DNA of 64,000 nt from Schmidtea polychroa (lineage: Eukaryota): positions 158,968,001 to 159,032,000 of the forward strand of contig CM097885.1 in the NCBI GenBank assembly GCA_044892525.1, given 5' to 3'. Each line of letters starts with the position of its first letter. Positions within the stretch are counted from its first letter, which is position 1. Below the pieces are notes generated by a model, which searched no databases, had not been told where the DNA came from, and worked only from the letters and a program-made list of their open reading frames with translations. Both the position numbers and the translations under genes were made by a program. Positions 25,658 through 39,472 of this stretch are shown piece by piece.

Positions 25658-27646
25658 CACCTAACTGCGAAAGTTAACATTGTCTATAATATACGTTGGT
25701 GTGCACACCACATGAGGTGAGTCACCAATTATATGACAATGTTAACTTAATTTCATTTTTTCAATTTTTCAAAAATCGTTTTAAGGTAAGTTTTTGAATT
25801 GAAGTAATTTTTAGGACTTGAATTTTGATTTTATATAATTATGAGAATATTATTCAAGTTCTTAAATATTACTGTTAGTCATCTTTTATAATTTATCATT
25901 TATAAATATATTAATAATTAAATTTCAGGTGTTTTTTTAGGAAATTTATGATATTTTATGCATTAATATGGAATTATTTCGCTAAAATGTAAGTTAGATA
26001 TTTTTATATTTATAAATAAATAAAATTAATCACCAAACACATTTATTTTTTTAAGACATTTAGGGAAAAATCGGCGCACATGAATGAAATAGTTTTTAAA
26101 TTTTTATAATCTTCTTTCTGCAGCTCATTTTCGATGGCTTCTTTGACGATGTCAAATCTGCTTGGGAAGGACATTGAACTGAATCCATTTGTCCTTGATA
26201 TTACTTTCTGATGCTGCCTTTGATTTTACTAAACACGCTTTCTATTGGATTGAGGAATGGGCTATATGGTGGCAGGTGTTCTATATAATTATTCGGAGAA
26301 ATTGCTCCACTATGAATTGAAGCATTGTCATGAATGAGATGGTATCCTGTCCCATTCAATTTTATACTTAATTCATTAATAAAATTTTGGTATGTATCCT
26401 TTTTGTAGGATCCTACAATTAATTGGTGATGAATTGCACCTTTCACACCTATTGCTAACAGAAATGACATGTTTTGTCCTCGATTATTTGAAACTATGGA
26501 GTATATTCTTTCTCCTTTTTTCTTCCTTCCGTAGGTTTGTGTAGTCCACGTATTGAAGCCGCATTCATCAATATAAACGATATTTTTATCTCGCCAGACT
26601 TCTTCGAGAAAACGCGTGACATACTCCATTCGGATTTGAAGTACGCGATCTGAATTTCTTGCTTCCACACATGGCCTTACCTTTTTAACCGTTATTAAGT
26701 AATTTTTTAGAAATCTTGAAATAGCAGTTGTGGATGCCGAGCAATTTTTTTGTAAAAGGAAAATTCGCATTTTTTCTGACGTTGCATAAAAATTGGCTTC
26801 GACAAAATCCAACAAATTATTTCCCTGTTCTTCTGAAATAATTTGTTTTCTGCCACTTCTTTTTCCTTTTGTAATTTCGGCATATTTCTTATATTTGTAA
26901 ATTATTGAAATAATTGAATTTTTGGGGATTCCGAGCAATCTTCCAAATTCTTTATAATTGTCCCCATTTTCAAATGCATTAATAAGCCGAATTTTGTCAT
27001 TGTCTGTAATTCTTTGAAAATATTAATTTGTTAAAATAATTAATTAAAATTTACGATTTGCGATTTTTTTTCTGCAAATTCGAAGTTGTCGAAGGACCTT
27101 CTTCAATATTTGAAATGGTACCTTCACACAAAGAAATATCTGTTATACTGTAAAATATTTTAATATTTTATATTTTAATGAATAAATCTTACATTGTCAG
27201 ATCTTCAACTTCGCAAAAAGCCACTGTGTCCTGTGAAATATCTGTAAATCTAAAGAAAGTTTATATTCTAAATTATTTTATAATTAAATCTTACGATGTA
27301 TCTTCTTTTTTTCCCTATAGCTCAACGTAGAGCAGTCAGAATCTGATTCAAAAGTTTTTTTGTACATAACTTTTTAAATAATTTTAAAATATTGATATGT
27401 TAATTATATGTTAATCAATGTGAATTTCGCATGAAAACACTTTACTTAATTTTGTATGTATTTTTCATTATGTGTGCTGTGCTTGTATGCTTAATTATTT
27501 TCTCTCACTTTTTAGATTCCTATAATAAATATGGTAAATTTCGCAGCATTAAATTTCTACACACAGGTAAGTTTGTGTGTTCCTATAATATATATTTATT
27601 GATTTTTTTTTAGATTGTAGATAATGTTATATTTCGCAGTTAGGTG
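25658..27646 (-). mobile_element. Tc1/IS630-superfamily DNA transposon
   Basis: ~30-bp TIRs CACCTAACTGCGAAAGTTAACATTGTCT / AGATAATGTTATATTTCGCAGTTAGGTG, each flanked by TA; transposase inside. Confidence 0.88.
26201..27020 (-). pseudogene. Tc1-like DDE transposase, C-terminus frameshifted
   Basis: HTH region, YIDECGFN, IHDNASIH, LPPYSPFLNPIE; the frame extends upstream of the track start (RITDNDKIRLINAFENG) and the C-terminal tail continues in another frame. Confidence 0.85.
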
Positions 27647-30570
27647 TATAAACGTGTGTATGTGTATGTGAATGCAGCTTCCTGAGCTCGGATGTGTAAA
27701 TAGATATGCTCTAAATTATATTGCAATATCAATTTCTGAATTTGCAATTCTTCTTAGAAGCTTCTATTTTTTGAGTGGTTTGACTGAGAAATCAGTCTGC
27801 TTATATACCAAAATTTTGTTGACAATTTTTGTTTGTCAATGATTGCTATTGTGGGGTGATTTTTTGTTCTTAAAAAGCACAATTCTATTTTTATATTTCA
27901 ATAATTTATATTAAGTGCATTGAAGTATATTTAATTACATATATAGAAAGATTTTAGTTCAGTTAAAAGCTAATCGATTTTTGTATACTAATTTTTGTAT
28001 ATTAATAAATTATAATAATGTGTTTTAATTTTTGTCTAAAAATATTTTTAATAAGGTTCTTGACAATGTTCTCTGAATAAGAGAGATTAGATCAGTTGAT
28101 AAAGTATTATTATAATGTATTATATTTTTTCAGATATATAATTGAGATGTATAATTTTTCAAATTAAGTAAAGCACCAGAATAGACAGGTTAACTGTGTG
28201 AACTTGAAAATATTTTTTTAATTATTTTAAAAGTGCAAAGTAAATATTTAACCAACTGGTTAATATTTTCTTGAATTGTGTCACTGCACTAAAAAATAAA
28301 TAATCAACATGTGTTGATCAAAATAATAATTATTATTATTATTATCTGTCACATTGTTATAATTTTCCGAAATGAACAAACTTTTTTGACTTCTTCAAAA
28401 AAAACATGAATAATTGGAATGCATATATTCATAAATGTTTTAGAATTTCTTGGTTTTAAATTAATATTTTAGACCCTTAAAATCATGATAGTTATAATAG
28501 TCATAACAATCACAACAACAACAATAATAATAACAACAACATTATTTTCTATTAAAATATAACGTTTATAACAAACCAATAAATCAATAAAAACCAAATA
28601 TATAATCCCAGCTTGATAACATAGCTTAGTCACATTCAAATTGTTAATAATCACAATATATTAATGTTTATCCCATTAATCACATAGATATATGTATATT
28701 TATTCTGTATTTATTTGTTCCTATTATGTTATATTTAAGTTTCTTTACTGTTCGTCCATCTTCTAACAAATACATATTTTGCAGGAAAAGATTATCTTAT
28801 CATTTACTTGTTTAACATTTAATTTATGCTACAATCAGGAAACCTATGTTTAATAATTTATATTTTGCGAAGAAGGAATTTGGTGGAATTATTCTAACGA
28901 ATGACTGTCCTACTTTTCATGTTACCTAATTTCATCATATATTAATATAAATTCACTTATTTTTTTCAATTAAAAATTTGATTTTTTTTAATCAAAATGT
29001 TTATCTTCACAACACGAAATAATCGTTTTGCATGTTATTAATAATGAAAAAGGTTTGGAAATTTTTAAATTTGTAATTTTTCAACCAATAAAAATTGGGA
29101 AATTTGTTTTATTAAGCTTCATTTTGCTTTTACTAATCATTCAAAGGTTTAAATCTAAAAATTTTTAACTAGGAAATTTGTGGAAAAAAATCAAATTTTA
29201 GGGGCTATCAGTCATTATTTATCTATATCTTTCATTTAAATGAACTAGAGGTTGGACGCAAAGGTTATTTCTGTAGGAAATCAAACAGTTAGGTATGCCA
29301 CTATTCTTTATTCCGCATCTATTGTCATTTATTCAAAATTTTGAATGGAAATCCCATCATTGGTGGGAAATAGAATTGATTAATATTTACAGAAATGTCC
29401 AGATTTTTTGGAACTTTTTTTTTAATTTTTATGCTTGAAATTTATAAATTAGTGTCAAAGATTAATTTTTATTTTTAATATTTACGATAGAAAGCAATAT
29501 ATTATTCATTGAAATTATCAAAATTATAAATTACAAACTCTTCATTCATTATATAATTGGTTGATAATATATAAAAAAAATCATAAATCAATAGAAATTA
29601 TATTCCCAGAAAAATATAATAATAATTGATTAATCTATAATGACTTTGAGTCGATATGCATTCCATTCTAAAAGTTTTATCAATAAATCAATTCCATTCT
29701 ACGAATATTGGAATCGCAATGCCAATGTTATCGATTGCACACATTCGATGATGCTAATAAAAATTAAATTAATTAAAAATGAAATTTGCATGAAACATTT
29801 TGCAAATATTAAAGACTGTCTGGTATGAATTATATATTTATATAATATTATGGGATTTATTTTTAGATTTTTTTTGAAAGTAAGGAGAAAATTTAAAACG
29901 TGCCGTTCCATAAAACATGTGCTTTTCATTGGGATAATTCTTTGATTCCCATATAGATTTGATTAATAAATTTATAGTTGATAATTCAATGAAATAGTTC
30001 TGTTAACTTCTATTCAATTGAATTTTCTTGATTAACAAATTTATTGTAAGAAAATTGCTTATTACAATTACGCTAACTTATAACCTTTTTCAAAAAATAA
30101 GGTAACCTTTATGATACTGCAAAGAATGAAGATTATCACAAAGTATAACTTTGTATTTACCTTATTAAGGACTATCAAGGGTAGCTGCATGAAGTGCCAT
30201 AATTTCGTAGTGAATTTATTTCACAAATTTTCAACCTTACCATTTACCAACTTTTTAGAAAGAAATAAAATACAATTATGCGGCATTCGAAAAAATTTGT
30301 TTTTAAAAGGTATTTTTTGGACAACTGTAATTAAAATTAAAATTTCCAATTGGATTATTGAATTTATTTTCAAATTTTTGTGGAATTTTTATTATTATAT
30401 TATTTTTATAGATATTTTATATATTAATATATAGAGAGTAATTCAATAGATGACCAACAGTTAATGTTTGCAAAGTCAAAATGTTATGGTACAATCTTTT
30501 AAATATTAGTATAAGGGGAGTTCCATGAAAAATTCAAAGTGGCATCAACTTTTCCAAACTGATTTCCATA

Positions 30571-31119
30571 TCTAATATATAAAGATGAAAGTTTTTTGTT
30601 TGTTTGTTTTCTTTAAAATTCCCCACCGTTGGACCTAGGGTGCTGAAATTTCGCATGTGGCCCTCTTTTGACTCGGGACATGTCATACGCTATGTTTCAC
30701 CCCCAGGTGACCACCCCTAGAGTACCCTTAGTCGGTTTTTTTTGTCTGTCCGGTCAGCAATTTACCATATAAATAATAATTGATTATATGTTTGCTACTT
30801 GCAGTTGCAAGTAATATAATTTAGTCAAAGGTTTTCAAAGCAGAATTCAAACATGGAGAATTTGAATTTTATTTGATTAGTGAACCAGTTTGAAATTGCA
30901 AAAATATTGCCAGTTATTTATCGATTTAAATTGGAGTGCGTTTTCGATTTTACAAATTGAAATTTATTTTGAAAGCTTTTCTTATTGTGAATTAAACATG
31001 GAATTGAACCTGTTATAAAATTAATACTGGAACGGAATAACATCATTAAACAAAAAAATTAATTTAAACGAATTATTATAATAAATGTAAACTCGGGCGA
31101 AGCCGGGTACAACAGCTAG
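30571..31119 (+). mobile_element. Non-autonomous Helitron (549 bp)
   Basis: A|TCTAATATATAAAGATG...GTTTGTTTG 5' end; 3' hairpin ACTCGGGCGAAGCCGGGT then CTAG|T; inserted between A and T with no TSD. Confidence 0.8.
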
Positions 31120-31687
31120 TAATCAATAAATAAAAAAAGTTATAATTATTTTTATTACAAATATATTACAGCTGAAATTGAAAAGTTTTGGTGAGTCACT
31201 TGTTGATATCAAAATTTTAAAATTGTATAAAAATATACAAATTGTTTAATAAATTTTTGAAATCGGAAGTTGATGGATATTGCCCGCTAACGAACCTATC
31301 TACCCTTCTCTAGGAAAAAGGCCTTTTGAAAAATAATGTAGGTCAATTCAAAAAATGGAAAACCTTTTGAAACATTATTGTCAAATCGACTGTAAAAGTA
31401 AGGGCTCGTTTAACTCAAAGTTACTTACTGAGAGTTCCGACTAATGGCGATCCATTTGCGATCAATGGCTCATTTTAAAACGTTTTCTCAAGGTTTTTGA
31501 ATTTGTATGGTGGTTATCCAACGTAATCAAGGATATTGCAAGGGTCATTTTAAAGGTTTTATGGACGGTTAAAATTCAAAAATAATATTTTTAAAATTAA
31601 ATTTATCTCAAAAAACTACCAAATTTTCGGTGTGTAGATAGAGTCGTATGTGTTCTACATTATGAAGCTACTTAAACAATCGAAGGT

Positions 31688-32260
31688 TCAACTGTGGTGA
31701 GTCAAAACTTTCAAAAAGGTTCTAAATTTTTGAAATTCTTCAAAATCTATGGGTTCCCAACATTTTATAGTCCCCATTTTTGGTTTATAGATAGATTCAT
31801 ATGTGCTCTGCGTTATGGTGCTACTTAGACATTTTGAAGGTTCGACCATGATACTCTTGTATTTACTTGTCCGACGAGTTTCACATAAAAACTGTATATT
31901 TGGAATCAAGGATCGTTTTAAGCAACTTCCACGGAAAAATATGATTATAGCTTTAATAGTTGCTACAGTATTTCGAATCTCAAGAACTGTATTGAAGTCA
32001 TTGACTACCAAATTCAACCTGTGAGAAGCACAATGAAGAAAGCCAGCTTTAGGATATTTCTTTCTAATAATTGCTTGAACACCATTATCTTTGCCAACCA
32101 TGGCATATCATCCATTGTAACCTTGTCCTACTAATTTGCCTAGGTTGATACCAAATATTTCGAATTGACTTACAATTGAATAGGCAATTGTAGAAGCACT
32201 TATATTGTCTAAACTGGCTAATCTAATAAATTCTTTTCTTATTATATAATTAAAACGACC
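31688..32260 (-). pseudogene. hAT transposase fragment (ZMYM1/PRKRIR-like)
   Basis: GQGYNGYA/MVGKDNGVQAIIRKKYPKAGFLHCASHRLNLVV...LCETR. Confidence 0.8.
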
Positions 32261-34145
32261 AACTTTACCTTGTGCGCTTTAAATAATTCGAAAAAATTGA
32301 AAAAATGTACTTTTACAATACAAAATCACAAAAAAACTACTGTTATTACCGCTACGCACTACAGGCTGTACCAATACATGAGACGACATAGCCCAACGCC
32401 ATAGGCTCGTGGAACTTACTCTACTATATGATACTTTAGATTGTTGTCATTTAAGATTTATTATATTAAATAGACAAACTTCCAAGGTGGGTCAAATGAT
32501 CCTGTTTGACCGTTAATGCCGGAGCCCATGCATTTCGTTAAAAATTGCAATTTTTTGATTTTAGGGGAATTTAAGGGTAATGAAGCAACTATTTCAACTT
32601 TTTATAAATGAATTTAATGACGGATTAAGAAGCAATTCGTTAATAAATCCAACTTTTAGGGTAGTTTTGTTAGATATTACAATTTAAGCTTTTTCTATAG
32701 ATATTAAGGAAATAATTTGTTACAATTTAAATATCTATTGATATGATTTTTATCATAATTCATGATAAATTATTTGATTTTATTGTTCAATATCAATAAA
32801 GATGTATTTATAATAAATTGTGTATTTGAAATATCGGTTTACATACAAAGGTGCAGAATTTAAGGAAAAGAACAAGAAAAACTTAATTTTTTTTATAAAA
32901 TATATAAAAATAAATTAATTAAATTAAATTTTTAATTAATTTGATTGTTTAAAACAACCAATTTAATACAAGATGCATGCAAAATCAAATCTGGCAGCAC
33001 TCGTGTATGGGTGTAGAGTTAATTAAAATTACACGCATTCCGATTGGATAAAGTGGCAGCAAATGCGTAGGCGTACAATTACAGTAAAAATAAATACCGA
33101 CTGAAAATTCATTTTATCAACTTTTTGGAATTTTTTGGAAAATTGGTATCGTCAATTTGTGAAATTATTAACTGTCTCTCAGCTTTCGGAGCTTATGAAT
33201 TCTATGCATTTGTGGTAAGTTTGTTTTGTATAAAGTAATTTTTAAGTTAATAAAATTTAACGTCCAATTTAATTTTTATCTTTTGTTCTTTTTATTATTC
33301 ATTTCTTCAAAATTTAACCATGTTTAGAGAGACAGCCCAAAAAATGTGGTCGTGGCCAATTAAATGCTAATATGAATTGTTCTACAAGAGTAGGCAGCTG
33401 GACGGGTAACAAGTGTCGCGACTAAAGATTTTTGTCTTCGGCAATAGGTAGCAATTGAAATAGTAAAGACAATAATCTAAGAAAGGGATAGATAATGAAC
33501 AGTAACGTAAGACCTTCTATCGGCAGTCCAGAACCCGAAAATGAGAATACAATGAGGAGTAGTTTTAGCAGTAGAGCTTACCTGCTCATTGATTTTCAGC
33601 CACTGTGTACATTACCAACATGGTCGTTGCCATGTGTATTCAGATGGTAAAAAGTAAAATAATCATAAAAGCGTTTAGGGAAGATTCGATTCCGAATCCA
33701 TAAGCAACCCTAGAACGTTTAAATGACACACCACCTAAGCGCTAACATTTTTATCGTTTAAAAAGTCAAACAATTTTATGGTTTGTATATGGTCTGAATT
33801 GCCTTGAACTACATAATCATTCATTAATTTTCTAATTTCTGTATCTTAAGAAGAATTTGTTTCATTCAATTCTTTCTGGCCACAAATTTTGTTGTTCTCA
33901 TAGTTGCGTTGTTCCTTCTTTCTTAATAAATAACAATCACAAAAATCTTTCTATTATCTTTAAATATATCATAAAATTATATCAGATCATCTAAATTATT
34001 TTAAAATGTAATCAATTAATTACCCAATTATTAATTTTTATAAAAAATAAATTTTAAATAAATTGCAGATACAATCATAATAATTCCATTTGTTTAAACT
34101 AATTACATTCAGTATCATTATTTGTATATTTTTATTAAATAACAA

Positions 34146-35541
34146 ATGGTAAATATTTAAATTGATTGTTGAGTCCATATTGTTTTTCAAAATATTTAGG
34201 AATCATTAAACAAGAAAGCAGTTGAAAATTTCTGTGAGTATTTGAAATGTGAAACTGTCCATCCAAATCCGGATTATTCGAAAGCTGTTGAATTTCTTAC
34301 ATCCCAATCAGTTCAGTTGGGATTGGAGTTAACTGTCATTGAATTGTGCCCGAACAACCCAATAGTAATAATGAAATGGAATGGTAGAAACAATGATTTG
34401 AAAAGTGCAGTGTTCAATTCACATATTGATGTTGTACCTGTGTTCCCTGATCAATGGAAATATCCTCCTTTCTCTGCTCACATCGATGATAATGGTAACA
34501 TCTATGCTAGAGGTTCTCAAGACATGAAATGTTGTGGCAGTCAGTATTTAGAAGCAATAAGACGAATAAAATTTCATTCACCAGATTTTATACCAGAAAG
34601 AAACATTTATATTTTATTCGTACCAGATGAAGAAGTTGGTGGTAGTAAAGGAATGGAAAGGTTTGTTGAAAGTCAACAATTCAATGAAATGAATGTTAGA
34701 ATCTGAAATGGATTTTGAATGTCTAAAAGTTATTCAACTTTAGATTGGAATCGTTATGGATGAAGGTATAACAAGCACTGAGAATAAGTATCCAGTGTTT
34801 TATGGAGATAGAATTTTATGTTGGATAAAAGTTCATATCAGTGGATCTACTGGCCATGGATCCCAGTTTATTAAAAATACAGCCGGGGTTAAACTTAAAT
34901 TGATTTTGAATAAGTAAAGACAACCGGCTATAAAATACAATTTTTAATTCTCCGTTAGATTTATGAATTTCCGCGAACAAGAGGAAACTAGAATGATAGA
35001 AAATAATCTTACTCTGGGAGATGTCACAACAGTCAATCTTACTGGTGTAACTGGAGGAGTACAGCATAACGTCATTCCGTCTCCATTCACTTTGGATTTC
35101 GATATTCGAATTAGTCCAAAAAGAAATGTAGCAGAATTTAAAGCCATGCTTAATGAATGGGCAAGAGAATGTGGCGATGGAATTGAATATGAATTTGTTC
35201 AGCACCCGTCAAGCGCGTACCTCACACCGATTGATAGCAGCAACAAATGGTGGGTAGCGTTTCAATCTATATGCAATTCCCTTAATATGGAAATCATTCC
35301 ACAGATATTTCCAGCTGGAACTGATAGCAGGTTTAATTGTCTGATTTTCCGGTATTGGTTTTAATAACAGTTCAGGTTTATCCGAGAAAAAGGAATCCAT
35401 GCAATTGGGTTTTCCCCAATCAATAATACTCCGTTTCTATTGCATGACCACAATGAATGCCTCAATGTCGATACGTTCATTCATGGAATCGATTTCTATG
35501 AAAAATTGATTTTGGAATTTTCAACGATGAAATATGATTAA
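34146..35541 (+). CDS. ACY1: Aminoacylase-1 (M20 peptidase family), 5 exons: 34146-34148, 34200-34694, 34744-34913, 34959-35330, 35376-35541
   Basis: Four GT-AG introns (51, 49, 45, 45 nt) give one continuous frame with motifs TVHPNPDY, FNSHIDVVP, YARGSQDMK, PDEEVGG, MDEG, GHGS, FPAGTDSRF, GFSPINNTPFLLHDHNE. Confidence 0.94.
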
Positions 35542-36204
35542 TTCAATGAAATTTGTTGAATAAATTTTTAATTGATTTTTTAAATTCTGACAATAAATTT
35601 GTGATTTTACAGAGAAAATTATATTTTATTGTCTCATTGTCATGAAAAAATATTCTTAGAATTTTTTGCTTTAAGATAAATTTGAAAATTTATTATACAA
35701 ATGTGCGCCATCCAGAATAAAGGCTATTAATTATTTCTTAAGAAATAATACTCATAGAAAAATAAAAATAATATACTTATAATCAGATAAATATTTCCGG
35801 TTCAAAAATTATTTTTGCACTAAATAAGTTAGAAAGGTTTACTGTATATTATAAAAAATTTATAGAGATACATTATATATAGATATTGAAAAACAAGACA
35901 ATTTAGTTAATACATTTATTTATTTTAATACTATTTTGAATCAAATGTTATAAAATTTTGTCTGATCAAAATTATGTTAACCAAAAATTCTCCAAGAAAA
36001 GGTGAGTCCGTTATCTCGGATTGCTTTGCAAAGATATCTCGAACATAGGGATGGTCTTAAGACATTTCCAACGCATCAAGGCGACTGGATAAAATTCCCT
36101 GTGAACCTGTCCTCTGAAACCGGGGAATAAAAGGCAACGTTGAAAATCAAAAATATACACAGTCAATTTACGCGCACAACAGAAAAATGGACATAACGCA
36201 AAGA

Positions 36205-36239
<35 letters not shown>

Positions 36240-36543
36240 ACAATGATGCACACAAGGTTCGTTCAATCACTAAGACATCAGTTCATCTATCTCAAATTTG
36301 GGGTCGGTATTGTATTGGGAAAGCTTAGGTAGAGACTGGCGTGTTATTGTAGTGACGGTCTGTACCTCAGATAGTAGTTGTGCCTTGGCACTCTGTCGAC
36401 AAAGATGTTTAAATAGATGATCTGGAATTATTTCAATTGATGTAGATTTCTGTGATAACTTATACTGGCGAAAGAAGTTTTAATTTATAGAAAATCTACA
36501 TTAGTACACATCAGCATAAAAAAATATTGTTTTTATTCGAACA

Positions 36544-37496
36544 TTACAAACCGAAATTACCGTCCCAGTAGTTAAGCTGTACGTCTACTAATACTGTATT
36601 CATTAAACGTTGAAATGTTGCTGGAGCATTAGTTAACCCAAAGCGTAGTCTTATATACTCATAATAACCGTCCTCAATCACAAAAGCAGTTTTTCCGCGC
36701 CCCTCTTCCATTTGGATTTGAATGTACCCTTTATTTGCATCTATAACTGTGAAATACTTAGTATCCCTAAGTTTATCATATTGTCCTAGTGCTCTCGGGA
36801 ATGGGTATGAGTCTTTTACTGTTACATCATTTAATTTACGATAATCAATGCACATTATAATTTCCCCGTTTTTCTTTCTAACTGGTACAATAGGCGATGC
36901 CCATTGTGATAAACTTTGTTTTATTACACCTGCCTCTTTTAATTCTCTAATCTGTCGCTTTATTTCCTCCCTCAATTTATACGGTACGCTGTAAAGTCTT
37001 TGTTTTATTGGTCTAACATTCTCTGTATCAATCACATGTTTGATAATATTAGTATCTCCTAAGATGAATTCATGTTTTGCAAAAAAATCGCTATATTCAT
37101 AAAGTAGTGTTTGTAGTTGTAATTGTTGTGTTTTATCATAACATTTAATATTATTAGCTCTACTCGGTTCGACCATTTGTTCACTGTTATCCCTAATCGT
37201 TGAAATTTTGCACACCTAGATTCACCTTTGTGTAATTTCCCCAATTTCGTACCTTAATGAATCTTACTGTATTCCTTTCATAGTTCGCAATTCTTATTGG
37301 AATTTTCCCATGGTTAATATTACATTATGATTCCTTGCTATTGCTGTTTCTGGCTGGAAGATGAACGTGTTCTCACGTTTAATATTGACTTTTGTCGGGA
37401 TTATATGATAGCAGGGGTATTTTAATTCGAACGCTTCTAATGGAATTACTTCTGAAAATTTTGCGTTTTAATATACTGTTTTCCGCTTGACTATAC
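36544..37496 (-). pseudogene. Ty3/gypsy pol, linker plus N-terminal RT (downstream part of the interrupted element)
   Basis: SQWASPIVPVRKKNG...MCIDYRKLNDVT...GKTAF...FGLTNAPATFQRLMN; the upstream linker IPIRIANY...GTKLGK is frameshifted; truncated before YxDD. Confidence 0.92.
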
Positions 37497-37538
37497 TGGT
37501 GGGTTACAGGTGGTCGAATGATTAAGTGCTGTTACCAG

Positions 37539-39101
37539 CAGGGCTGTGGAGTCGTATCAAAATGGACCAACTCCGACTCCGACTCCGACTCCGACTCCGA
37601 CCTAGGTCTAACATGTATAAGATCTTTTTTTTTATTTAATACTATTAAATTTAGGTTTTTAAAAAATGAGCAAAAAATAAGTTAAATACAAAACAAATCT
37701 TTTTTAAAATATTATATTGTTTTATTCTTTGATCATAATTTTTTAATTTTTAAAATATATTTCTTAAAAATAAAATTGCTTCAATCAAATCTTCTTTAAG
37801 CAATGCACGCAGGTCTGACTTAATTATTTTCAGAGCAGAGAACAATCTTTCAACACTGACTTGCGTTGGCGGTAAAGCGGTTACAATTCTAGCTACATTT
37901 TGAATAATTTTTGGGTACACATCAATAGCTTCTTGGACGTTCAATTTCGATGATCGATCATATTTTTCAACTTCCTCCAAAGCGGTAAAAAACTCATTTT
38001 TAAACTTCTGCTCTTCTGTATCTGGTTCCTTTTCATGATATCGCTTTCGTTTTATAAGATCCAATTGATTTAAATATTTTTCAAAATCCACATCTTCATT
38101 TGAACTGGAAGAAACTGATTCCTGACTGGAGGTGATGTTAAAATGCTCGATCTGTGTTTCACGATTTAGTGCCGGAAAACATTTGATGCGAACGGTGATT
38201 TGATAGAGCGTTTCTTTGGCTTTTGCAATATGAAGGTCATTTAGTAATATTCGGCTCATTGGATCAATATAAATAGCGGCTAATAAAATTTCATTTTGCA
38301 AAAGCAGTAGTTCCCTTTTATTCATGGAAGATATAATAGCACTGGAAATCGGTTCATCAGTGCGGGACAACTGATAAATTAAGTTTTTCCACTCAAAAAA
38401 GAAGGTCCCAGGAGTTATATCTTCAGTTTGTAATTTTTTAGAATTTCCCATCTGATGTAATTGAAAAATGCTTAAGTAATGCCGATTTTAATTTTTTATC
38501 CATGTTGAGGCCTTTGAAAATACTAAATTTTTAACTGCAAATATTAAAAACAATACTATTAAACTCGAAACTTATTAAAGTAATTGCAAATAAATAATTT
38601 AAACACAACTTACGTTTTTAATGCACACAAAAAAAACTTTATTTAACTTCCCTACAACAAAAAATTTCACGATGTAGTTTTGTATTTATTAATAATTTCA
38701 GTTGTTGTCTAGTTTATTTTAAAAAAATTACTAATGCTCTTTAATTAAGATCAGCATGTATTTATACCAAAATTAAACTAGGATAATAATAAATTTATAT
38801 GGGTTTTAGAATTATTTGTAATTTTCTTATATTTACCTGTCTGACAACCGTTTTTTAAAAATATTCTTAGAGATTCTTAGAAAAGCAAAAGGTAAAAATT
38901 GTTTATTAAATAATTCTGAAAAAGATAATTTAATTGCTATACAAAATCCTAAAAATGTTGAAAATTCCTCTTAAAATTTTAAATTTTACTCGGAGTCGGA
39001 GTCGCTTCTGTTAACTCGACTCCGACTCCAGCTCCGACTCCCCAAAAATGCACGACTCCGCGACTCCGGACTCCGACTCCAGCTCCGACTCCACAGCCCT
39101 G
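37539..39101 (-). mobile_element. Internally deleted hAT element nested in copy A
   Basis: Perfect 16-bp TIR CAGGGCTGTGGAGTCG/CGACTCCACAGCCCTG; 8-bp TSD GTTACCAG; (CCGACT)n subterminal arrays; ORF 37750-38451 ends in the hAT dimerization motif PPTQVSVERLFSALKIIKSDLR. Confidence 0.96.
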
Positions 39102-39320
39102 GTTACCAGCGTAACCCAACATGCAACATTAGTTTCCGCTTGGTACCCGTTGAGTAATCAACGTTGGTACTGTACCAAGGGGTTGAATACTCGCAAAAAG
39201 TGAGCGCATCAAAGCACTATAATTGTCGAGTACTCCATGGGTTCACGGACTACCGATAGAAGGTGTGTGTCCGATTTCTCAGGTCCCTTTATCAAAATTG
39301 TTTTCCCAACCTTACACACA
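39102..39320. ncRNA. Conserved hairpin-rich terminal block of copy A (candidate structured RNA/ssDNA element)
   Basis: Closely similar to 63168-63390; several stems conserved, one compensatory pair; no known RNA family recognised. Confidence 0.4.
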
Positions 39321-39472
39321 AGCTCTCGTTTCTCAGGCAATCATAAGCATCTCAGACATTATCTAACTCTACAAAATACGTATTATTGTAACAACAAAAA
39401 AAATAAATATTATTTTAGTACTACAAGGTATATCAAACACACTACAAAATTACATAATCATGGAGTAAAAGT

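Noticed and set aside
27306-27350. tRNA-like D-arm (CCCTATAGCTCAACGTAGAGCA)
   Set aside because: No anticodon loop, T-arm or acceptor stem; lies inside a Tc1-like element
33645-33722. Hairpin with a B-box-like GATTCGATTCC
   Set aside because: Imperfect short arms, no A-box or tRNA fold, and no second copy in the window
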